From Raja brachyura (lineage: Eukaryota): a DNA stretch of 64,000 bases. Below, in pieces: positions 12,401 through 24,400 of the stretch; position 1 is the stretch's first letter, and the number at the start of each line of letters is the position of its first letter. The stretch spans positions 67,890,001 to 67,954,000 of the forward strand of contig OY740786.1 in NCBI GenBank assembly GCA_963514005.1. The letters run 5' to 3'. The notes under the pieces are model-generated. The model saw only the letters and a program-made list of their open reading frames with translations, was not told the origin of the DNA and ran no database searches. Made by a program: the position numbers and the translations under genes.

Positions 12401-15400
12401 CCATCCTCAGCTCCACTAAAGATGCGATGGAGCAGGAAGGGGCAGACCGCACCGGGGAGTGACAGGGGAAGAGACTAATCCGTGCGGCGCTGGAAGGCAG
12501 GAGAAGAGATCGATCTGCGCACACACGGTTTTTAAGATTTCGAAACCTCGCTAACTTTTACGACATTCAACCGATCGGAACGAAACTTGGTGCAATCGCA
12601 GCACAGGAGAACGGCGAGTAAACTGGCGAAAATTCGTAGCATTATCACAAACCGTTTTTGCGCAAATAGAATGACCGCCAAACCAGAAGACAACAAGATC
12701 AGAGTTTTAGTTATGTATAGATACATATGTAAATATATCTGGTAAATATCAACATCCAGAGTGGAGGGTATCATATGAGGGAGGTTGGGAAAGGGGGAGG
12801 GTTATGTGATTACCTAAAATTGGAGAATTAGATGTTGATACTGTTGGGTTGTAAGCTACCCAAGCAGAATACATGGTATTTTTCCTCCAGTTTGTGTGTG
12901 GCTTCACTCTAGCAATGGAATAGGCCCAAGGCAGAAAGGTCAGAATGCAAATTGTAAGAGGATTTAAAATGGATAGAAACCAGGCGATCCTGACCCTTGG
13001 CAGACCAAGTTTAAGTGTTTGGCGAAACGGTCGCTGAGTTTACACTTGGTCTCACTGATGTACAGGAGGCCACTTTGTGCAATTTTACCTAAACTCAGTG
13101 CTGATACAAGAACATTCACACACGATAATGTTCAGAAGAGAAAATTGTAGAATATAAATTATAGCAGAGATCTGCAAACTATTTATGATAACCTAGTTGT
13201 ATCTTGAGATGAGCAAATATAAAATGAGGAATAGAAATATTACATATTCGGAAAATGATCTTTGTAGCTTGAAACAACCTGCTATCAGAGCTCTGCTTAG
13301 TCACCAGACATTACCTTCATCATTTCGTTTACTTCTGCAACTCCCGAGTTTTCAAGCCACAAGGAGCAGAGTCTGAACATGCGCATGTCATGTTCTTCAC
13401 CACTCTGCAAGCAGTTGATGTAGTTCTCCACAGCTGTACACAGAAACTGCTTACGATCTTCTTGCAATGCACACATCGCTCGTTCATCCAATTCACATTC
13501 CCGCTGAACCTTCACTACATATCTAGTCAACAGAATATATTTAGAGTGTCAAATCCATTGAGGAAAGTTAGTTATTTCCAAATCTTTCAGTTTTACTTCA
13601 TGCATTTTATTTCCCTCCAATCGCTTAATATTAAACATGCATAACAGCAAATGCTAGAGAATTACAACAACATTTGTGGCTGCTCTTCCCTTTTCAATGG
13701 AGAATTCATGTGCTTATCTGTTACTCAACGTCTGCTTATTTTAACTTGTGCTTCAAAATATGCGCTCAGTTCCCACGCTTAGCTTAGAATCGTGATTGAA
13801 TCTTTTATTAGGATCCTTATAGAACCTATCTAACTGACCGAGCACTGTAGGAGGGGAATCCTATGTTTTCATCAATACTTTATCAGCTAACAGTGAGTAT
13901 GGTTTACACTAAATCAGTTAAAATATCTTAATATTACTCTGACGGACAGCTGTGGTTTTAGAAAACTAAGCAAAAACTAAACCTATAATTTCTATATGTC
14001 ATTCAACTTTTTAATAATCTAACAATGAATAAGTTAATAATCTAACAACAAAATGAAAGACAAATGTTGTCCAATGCAATTTTTAGAATATGAATTCAGA
14101 TTACAATACAGAAGAGACCATGCTATTTCGCTGGAGAATACAAAATGCTCTAAAGGATAATGGTAAGCAAAACACAGTGGTGGAGGAACTCTGTGGATCA
14201 GGTGGCACCTGTGGAGTAATTGAAAGGACCACGTTTTGGGTTGGAACCCTTCTTCAGATTGATTGCAGTGGGGGTGGGGGATATTGTGGGGAGAAAGCTG
14301 AAAAAGAGATGAGTGTGGGACAAAGCCTGGTGATGATGGGTGGATAATGGTAATTCAGTGGTCTGCGCGAGGAGAAGAAGGTCGTCTTCAGGCAGCCGCC
14401 CTATCGGGTGGCTAGGCCTTGAGCAGTGGTCGGCGAGGTAATGGACGGGCGCTTTCTCTCTCTCTCTCTCCCAACTCCCGAGGCTGTCAGGTGGGAGTCG
14501 GTGATGCTGGGGGCTGCTGTACACGCAGCCCCTGCTGCAGCTAGTGGGGGAACTGCGGCTGGTGGGGGAGCGATGGCAGACACGGCCTCCGAGGGCAACT
14601 CCGAGCAGGTCCTGCGGGAGAGAAAGAGAGGGCTGAGGCTGCTGCTGTGGTGGGCCAGGGACGTGGGCTGGCCATCCTGGTGGCCTGGGATCAGCTAGAC
14701 CAGGTGTAAGCAGGAATCAAGCGGCCCGACCGCGGCGGCAGAACCCAAGATGGCGTCCGGTTGCCGCACATTTGATGGCTGCATACATAGCGTTAATTAC
14801 CGTTGAGCTGGGCTGGGCTGTTGGCTGCAGACATCAGGTCACCACCAATTTGAAATCCAAAATATCAGTTTTGGATCGTCGGATCACCAGTGTAGAGACA
14901 CAAACGTCGTGAATAAATGGATTTTTTATTTAGGCATTGTAGGTTAAATATACATGCACGTTTAGCACTCTAACATAACAGTAATTGTTGTTGCTGAGAG
15001 GGAGTTGCCTTCTGGGCTCAAGCTGAACTCCTGCTGAGGTGGCAAGACACTCTCATGAAGAGAGAGATAGGAAGAGGAAAAGAGCGAGAGAGGGAAGGTC
15101 GGTTCTTATATACTAGGGCACACCCCTATATCCCGTGGCACCATAGAGGCACCTTGCGTTTTATGCAGAGATCATGTTTCTTAAAAGCAGCGCGTAATTC
15201 AGAAACATGTAAATTAAACATATACATTCAAACAGGCCTAAATTTGAATGTGTTATCTCAAAAATAAAGCATGTAAATTAGGTTTACGTAATAATTATAC
15301 CAGCGCGTTATTTCAAAAATGTATAAATCGAACACGTGTAAAATACGAGGTGCCAGTATTATTAAATCAGCACGCAAATTGTTTTCATGAGATAATTTTT

Positions 15401-18400
15401 TCACATCTGTTTACCTGTTGATCTGAACTTTATGTTCCTTCATTAAATGGATTTCTGCTTTGGCATTTTTGAGAAGTGCACGTTTGTTTTCAAACTCAGA
15501 CGACTTCATATAATTATCAATACTCTGATACTGTGCATCGGAGAACCGTGCCAACGATAAAAATGCTTCAATTTTCCCATTGTGAACTATGCCCTTATGT
15601 TGAATGCTATGAGTCACAGCCTGAATAAACAAAAAGCAATAGTCTAAAACTATATATTACACTGTATAATATTATTGCCATTAAATTTGTTTGAAAGTAA
15701 AAAGTTCAATATTTCCCAAATAGGTCAGTACAAATCAGAAACAACTGGTAATTTACTCCTTACTTTTTCTAAATACATCTGCATGATAGTGCCAGGGCTT
15801 TCTAAACATGTTTCTGCCAACCAATTTCCACACAGTCTCAGGCACTCGACATAGAGTGGTACTAATGCTTTGTCATCAGTTCCCTAAGAAGAAAAAACAG
15901 AACAGGTGGAAAAATACTAATGCAACAGGATTCTAAAATTAAGACCACAGCTGAATACTGAAGAAAAGATAAAATGATAGGGACTATCAACTTGGCTTAA
16001 TCATGCATATTCAACGTTCTTGAAAATCTTTTCAATGCCTACACAACAAATCTGTGAAAGTAATTTCAAAAGTCATGTAGAGATCTAAATGAGCACGAAT
16101 GGATTGTAACGCTTCTGCGTTTTTACATCCTGAAAATCCATTGTTAGAGGCAAAGAGAGACTTGTTCATTTCTAATCCAATTGATATGCACAACAACATA
16201 AAAGGTTGTGTTTCTTTTGATTTGGGAATGGCTTACCTGTTCTCGTCATTGTATTAAAAATATATTTTCAATACAACTGACACATTGTCCTTCAAATTAT
16301 GTCATCATGTATTTATACATTTACTTTGCCCTCAATAAATAATAACTATTTGACTTAATTTTTTCCATTTAGGTGTTTTGCTTGCAAGACGAAATATGTT
16401 GCAATCACCCCAATATTAGATTCGCCAGGTTTTTGGTAATCTATCAAGGGTTTATTTTTGAGATGGCATTCAAATTTAGGTCTGTTTAAATGTACGTTGA
16501 ATTTACATGTTTTTGAATTTCGTCCTGCTTTTCAGAAGCATGATCACTTACTTTTACTAATTCTGATGAAACCATTTTGAGTATTTGCGTAATTTGAGCC
16601 TAATGAATTTACCTCTAGCTTGTCAATCATCTGTTTGAGAATATCAAGAGAAAGACTCTGTTCCTGTTTATCCCAAAAGACTTGGGCTTCTTCCAGCTGC
16701 CAGGTAGAAACACCAAACCCAACTGGGTTGTGCTGTTTGATTTGGAAAATTGCCTTTTCTGCCAACTGGAACCAAACAAAAGTTATAAATATGGACAAAT
16801 TGGAAATAGTGCATGAAAACAAAATCAGTTCCTTTGTTAATTATTTTGGTACAGTGATAAATGAAGCTCCAAGCAATGCATAGAAATCACATGCTGCTTT
16901 TAATTAAAAGCCAACAGATTAACATCTTAATAGCTTAACATTTTGTATCACTTAATGCCCACTATAAAAAATGTCAAAAAGATGCTGAACCTGGGAATTT
17001 TTTGCTGCCCTTGCTAATTTTGCCATTTCAAGTAAATGCTCAGTCAGAGCATCTTTAATGAGTTCCTTCCTTTGACCATCCGTTTCTTTTTTGATAAGCA
17101 GCTCTTGAATGACAGTCCTCATGGTTAAGACAGGCTCCTGGAATGTAAAGTCACTGTCCTTGAGAAGCAGGAGCTGTTGCTGCCATTTTCTGTGTACTGT
17201 ATTCAAAGCATCATCTGGGTCAGATCTGAAAACGAAGAAATGTCATATATGAAAATGAAAACATTTAGAATATGATTCTCATTATTTAGAAAGCATTATT
17301 TCTTTTTGCCCTCTTTTCGATGTATTTCCTTTGTATCCGTTCCAAATCAGCAGATGTTGACTTCATTGATCTGTGATTCAACAGGCATTATGCAGCCTTA
17401 GTGGCTATTAGTTAAACAGCCAACTATAAGGGGAGGTTATTTAAGTCTGGTGACTGCAGTTAAATCTAGTCCTGTCCTCACCAGTCCTTCAGCCGCGTAA
17501 AAATAATTTAAACTACTTGACAAAGGCTAATTATAATCCTCAGTAAAAATGATGATAAAACATCAGTTCATTACCTGCAGAGCATGTATCCGATGATTTC
17601 TAGCTCTTCCAGTATTTGCAATCTGCATAGTGTGGGGTATAGAGAGTAGACAGACTCCAGGCTTCCTTTGCACAATTCTTCAACTTCTTTAATTCTATCA
17701 ACACAATAAATTGAAACTCAATTAGTTGGAAGGGTTGAAACACAATTAACGTATGAAATATAGTTGAGGTGAGCAATTGTATCAGATATCGGCAAAGTCA
17801 GGTTTTACGGGACTTCTAACGACAAGGAGAATTGAAACTTTCTTTATTATGCCAGAGGTGGATAAAATCTTGAACAAATCATCTGTAATGAGTGAAACGT
17901 TACCTGGCAACCTTCAAAACCTCATGGAAGGCAGAGAATTCTTGATCTTTCAGAGACTGCAAAGCATGGTACACAGATTCATGATACCCAGGTCTCGAAC
18001 TCCCACCTCTGGGAAAAGACAACAAAAAGTTTCCAACTAAATCATTTTGGAAAACAAAGGAAGAATCAAAGAACATGAACATCGGAAAAGTTGAGCAAAA
18101 TCTGTAGCATAACATTTGCCTTCCGAATGGCCTCCCTATCTACAGGTACATTTTTTGTAATTTATGTATCAGGACCCATAATCTAAATGAATATTTGCAC
18201 TTACAAGTCTCTCTCATGTTAAAACACATTTTGCTCTTCTATTCTTCTTATTGAAGTGGGTAGTTTTATACTTGCACAAGGTGTACTCCATCTATATCTT
18301 CTTTGTTCATGCATTACAGCACGGAAACAAGCCCTTCAGCCCAACTTATCCATGCCTACCAGCTTTTATAACTAAGCTAGTCTCATTTGCCTTTGTTTGT

Positions 18401-21400
18401 ATCTGATCACCTCTAAACCTTTCCTATCCACATGGGGAGCATCCGCGAGAAAAGCAGTAGCGCACTGCTACCAAGATGCATAACTCCAAAATAAAGCAGT
18501 GGGCTTAAGAGAATTGTTTATGTAAGTGTGTGTTCATGTAAATCGTCTATTGCGCAAGTCAGGGAGTGTCTGCATTTTGATTGTGACCTGGTTTGAAGTC
18601 CAAAATCTGCATTTATAATTAAAGCATAAGTATGATAAGATGACAATTTTACCATAAAAATGAGCGCAATTCAGTTTATTGCAGCAGAAAACTTTGTATT
18701 TACTTGCTTGGAGGGATATGATCCCACTGCATGTTTCTCCAGGCTGCCTGGAAGCGGATTTCCTGCAGTTCCTCACACCATTCTGTATTTTCAACTTCAA
18801 GCCCCTTTAGATATGTAGTTAGAATATGGCATAGTCCAAAGTTCTGTAAAGCCTCCAATAAACAAGTACAAATTAATCTTGGTTATCATCAAACTGAGCA
18901 TGTTAAATAGAAAAATACGTGCAGAAAAGCATTGTCCACAAATAGATCGACATCTTATTAATCAATAGTTGTCAGTTGATGGCACTACCTTGACTCCCTC
19001 CATTACTTAGCTTATAATTGTGATGGCAACATACAGCAACTGCAACTAACCCCAAGTGGATGTTAGCTATTTTTCATGAGTAGATTATTTTGGTTTCATG
19101 GTTTTATGTAATTGAGGAGTGAGTGAGGTGCTACTGTTTAATGCATCAAATTGCGTCCCAGATATCTAGTATTCAGCATCAAGGCACATTGTCCCAATTT
19201 CGGAGATAGTTGTGGAACACAATAACATGAAATGGTGGCTTCATTTTGGAGACAAGAATCTTGACTTTGTTTTTATTAGTGCTCAGCTGTGTGTGTAACT
19301 TGTCAAGTAGTTACAAACTCCTGCTGATTCAATAAAATTTAAGCAATTGGAAGTGGTCTATTATGAAAAAAAATTGTTTACATGTTATGCAGTCAAATCA
19401 TACGAAGTATGAATACAATCAAGCCACACATAAGTACAACAGGTAGTGCAGAGAAAAAATACCAGAAGTGGAAGGGCCACAATTGGTACAATTGATCACT
19501 TCCCTCTGGACTCTGGACTGCCAAAGCTGCCACAGCCAGACATAAAAACAGTTTTTTTCCACGAGTAGTAGCTCCGCTCAATAACCAAAAATCTGTAGCC
19601 CCCTTTTGCTCTGGTATTTTATTTAATTCACATGTTTGATCAATGATGTTTTATTATTAATGTTTAATGTTTTATGTATCATTTTTAACTCTAACTGTAT
19701 GTCATGTCACTTGTGGGTGGAGCACCAAGGCAAATTCCTTGTATGTGAATACTTGGCCAATAAATTTATTCATTCATTCGTTCACAATGAGGTAGGGTGG
19801 GAGATCGGGACTACACAGGTTGTGTTGTTGAAAATCAGTTTAGTCAGTGGTAATAGAACTAGGCTACTCTTTATGTTGAACCTTGATCACCCCAAACTAG
19901 ATTATAATCTCTTTCCTTGCTATCTTTGATGCTTTCTCAATTTAAAATGTTCAATTAAAACAGAATTGATTAATCAATTGAGTGCTGTGTCGTGATCTTC
20001 AGGCTTCCTTGGCCTTACTTCCCATAAGACTTCGACATCTAAATTTACTACTGAGGACTTCCCAAGCCACGATGTTCATTATTCTAGTCATTTTTTTCCA
20101 ATCAGCGCAACAGTGATGCAGGATTCTAGAAACTTATTAAATAGATACAATTTAACATATGTGTATCAGAATATATTGCTATTTTCCAAAGATTTGAACA
20201 CAAAAACCTAGACACACTCAAATACACTAGGAAAGTCATATAATGGGGTGCTATTTTCGAACTAAAGTATTTTCTCTGCATACAGGTAGATACGCAAGAT
20301 ACCTTTGCAGGGTAATTATTCACAGTGAACTGGCCAATTTCTTGCTTTCTACCAACATTACTAAAACAGGTCTGAAGAAGGGTTTTGGCCCAAAACGTTG
20401 CCTATCTCCTTCGCTCCTTAGATGCTGCTGCACCCGCTGAGTTTCTCCAGCCTTTTGTGTACCCTCGATTTTCCAGCATCTGCAGTTCCTTCTTTATTAC
20501 TAAAACAGGTTATCTGGCCATCACAAACATGCAGAAATTGGGTGCTGCTTTTACCACTGCGACTATACGTCATAAGATACTTTTTCATTGGCTGTAACGT
20601 TCTTTGACTATTCTGAAAATATAAAAGATGTTATAAATGTGTAGAAAAGAACTGCAGATGCTGGTTTAAATCGAAGGTAGACACTAAATGCTGGAGTAAC
20701 TCAGTGGGACAGGCAGCATCTCTGGAGAGAAGGCATGGGTGACGATTCAGGTTGAGATCCTTCTTCAGATTGAAGAAAGACATTATATAAATGCATGCCT
20801 TTCTTTTCACATCAGTTTTTTTTGTAACTGAGCTTTTATCTTTTGACGCTAATGAGGAAGAAACCAAAGGAGCAACTGGGCTGAAATTGTCTTGCTCCCA
20901 ATTGCTAATGATTATCGGATGTATAATTATGAAATTATTCTTATTTAATTTTCATTATTTAGGTTGCTGGTTGAGTATTACGGTAATGGCATGACTAAAT
21001 CAAAAAGGATATTCTTTCAGGCTCATTCACCTCACCACAAATACAATGCAACGCACCAGTAAACTAAGATAACATTTTGTAACGTTAAAGGACTGTCCCA
21101 CTTGGGCATAATTTGCGCCTCATTTACGCGACATCATTTACGCGTCGTGACGAGCACGTGATGCACGCATGGCGAGGCGTGGTGGCGTAGTCAGTTACGC
21201 GCGGCGCCCCAGGATTTTGGGATTCACAAAATCTTCGAGCGCCACCTGCGTGACTCGCAAATGATGCTCAAGTGGGACAGACCCTTTACTCCTTCAGTGA
21301 TATATATATATATATTTTTTTTTAATGTAACACAGTACACTGTCTGTGAACAACTGCAGGTCCCGGTGTTCAAACACATCCCAGTTGGTCCTGTCGAGGC

Positions 21401-24400
21401 AGTCCTGCAGCTGCTGAGATGCACCATCAGGCCAGGTTGTGATGGTCTTTGTGATGGGAGGAGCGGTTTTCCTGAGGGGGGCATATGCAGGAATTAAAAG
21501 CAGGGACATATGGTCCGACTGACCCAGGTGTGGTAGTGGTCTAGCCCTGTAGCCCAGCTTGATGTTGGAGTAGACCTTGTCTAGTGTGTTAGCTCCTCTT
21601 GTAGCACATTTAACATGCTGGTAGACTTTTGGGAGCATTTTCTCCAATTCCACGTGATTAAAGTCCCCTGCTATGATGTGTCGCACTCACACCAGTGGTG
21701 ATGAAGTGCTTTGAAAAACTGGTCCGGGGTCATATCACATCACTCCTGCCCCGAAGCTTTGACCCCCACCAGTTTGCGTACAGAGCGAATAGATCTACAG
21801 AGGACGCTGTAGCCACAGCTCTCCATGCTGCACTGTCCCACCTGGAGCAGCGGGGCAGCTATGTGTGAATGCTCTTTGTGGACTACAGCTCTGCCTTTAA
21901 TACTATCCTTCCCTACAACTGGTGGACAAACTGGGGGACTTGGGACTTCCACACTCCACCTGCATGTGGATAAATAGCTTCCTGTCGGGCCGCAGCCAGA
22001 GAGTCAGAATGGGCCATCACACATCCACGGCCCTCAGCCTCAGTACCGGCTCTCCACAGGGCTGCGCGCTGAGCCCCCTGCTCTACACCATCTACACACA
22101 TCACTGCACCTCCGCCCACCACAGCAACACCATTGTCAAATTTGCGGATGACACTACGGTGGTGGGGCTCATCTCCGGGGGGGACGAGTACGCCTATTGG
22201 GATGAGGTGGAGCAGCTGACAGTGTGGTGTGGAGAAAATAGCCTGCTCCTGAACACCTTAAAGACCAAGGAGACAATAATAAACTTCAGGAAGAACAAAA
22301 CGGAAATGGTACCACTAATCATCAGAGGGGACTGTGTGGAGAGGGTGGCGGATTTCCGCTTCCTGGGAATCCATATTGAGGAGGACCTTCAATTCAATTC
22401 AATTCAATTCAAGTTTAATGTCATTGCACAAATACAAGTATAGGTACAACGAAATGCAGTTTAGCGTCGTTCTTAGTGATAGCGATATAGAAAAATAAAT
22501 ACAGAGTGCAGTGGTAGCAATATGGAAAATAAATAAATACAGGGTACAGACAAGTCTATCAGCTGGGCTCCGAGTTCAGCAGTCGGATGGTGTAGTTGAA
22601 GAAGCTGTTCTTCGTCCTACTGGTGCGGGACCTGAGGCTCCTGTACCGCCTCCCTGATAGGAGGAGGGCAACCAGTCCATGATTAGGGTGTGAGGGGTCC
22701 TTGATGATCTTCCCGGCCCGCTTCAGGCACCGTTTTCGGTGGAGGGCATCCAAGGCAGGGAGCGGGGCACCGATGATGTACTGGGCGGTTTTCACCACCC
22801 GTTGTAGTGCCTTCCTGTCTGCCACGGTGCAACTGCTGTACCATACCGTAAAGCAGGTGGTCAGGATGCTTTCGATGGTGCAGTGGTAGAAGTTCGTCAG
22901 GATCTGGGGGGACAGGTGGGCTTTTTTGAGCCTCCTCAGAAAGTAAAGGCGCTGCTGTGCCTTTTTGATTAGCTTTGAGGTGTTGAGGGACCAGTAGGAC
23001 CTGACGTGGAGCGTGAACACCTCTGTGCTGCTGAAAAAGGTCCAGCAGAGACTGCACTTCCTGAGGGTGCTCAGGAAGAATAACATCACACAGAGACTGC
23101 TGCTGGCCTTTTATCGGTGCTCCATTGAGAGCATCCTAACATACTGTGTATGCGTGTGGTGCACCAGCTGCACAGCGGCTCAGAGGAAAGTGCTCCAGAG
23201 GGCCAGTGACAACACCCAGCGGATTGTCGGCTGCCCTCTCCTTACCTTGGAGGACTTACACAGTTCCCGCTGCATCAAAAAATCCCAGAATATTATAAAA
23301 GACATTTCCCACCCCGGACACTCCCTGTTTGAACTGTTGCCATCAGGCAGATGGTACAGATCTACAAGGACAAGGACAAACAGACTTAAAAACAGTTTTT
23401 ACCCCACTGCTGTAAAGGCACTAAATGTAGCCGCCAAGGAACGCGGGGACTAAGGGAGTGTGGTTGGTTCACTGTGAAATCGACAGAAGGATGTAGGGTT
23501 GGGTGTTTATGAGTACTATTTTCATATTTCATATTTATTTTAGTTGTTTATCTTTTTTAATATTTTACCTTGTATGTATCGTTAGCTTTAATGGTTTGAA
23601 TGGTGCACTGACTGGTTGACATTTTTAAATTTCGTTGTACATGGTTCATGTTACAATGACAATAAAGAAACTATATATATCTGTAGCACATGAGGATTGC
23701 AGGCAAGTAGCTGGGCATTTAAAAAGTTGCCAGAAATAGTGAAAATACCCAATACCATAGAATGGACGGTCATGGAAATGTTCCGTAACATTTTCCACAG
23801 ATTTATTGAATGAAAACAGTGCAGATCACGTTCTGATTTTCCATTATCTAAACTAGGCAATTATCATGGTTATAGTCACATAGTGCATGTTTAATACTAG
23901 TGTTAAGACACATATGAAAATAAACTACCTGGACAATACCAGCTTGGCGTGTAGAGACAGGAAGATTCATTTCAATATCATATGTTACAAGAGCCTTGTC
24001 CCACAGCACTTCATGCTCATATGTTCGAACTCTGTTACATTGAAAAAAAAATTAAACGTTAATAATATCTAAAGAATTAGGATTGGTTGCAAATGAAATT
24101 AAATATTAGCTGGTATTTTGTGCAAGAATATCTCTTTTATATTGTCTGAAACTAGTTTCTTGGAAATATTACATTCACCTGTGCACATGATAAATATTTG
24201 CAGTTGTGCATCTTAAGTTCAGTTATACGAATACCAACTTCCATTTTGAAGCTCTAGAATTTTTGAGCAAAACAACATGATCAATTAAGAGAATGTTATT
24301 CCCCATAGGTCTACAAATCTATTCCAATCCTGCTTACTCCGTATCGTTAGAGATTCACCTTTTTAAAATATCTATCTAATTATCTATGTTCCACTGCATA

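Noticed and set aside
22559-23089. 176-aa ORF
   Set aside because: Chimeric: antisense host Rex1 fused to the nested Rex1 3' end; not a gene.
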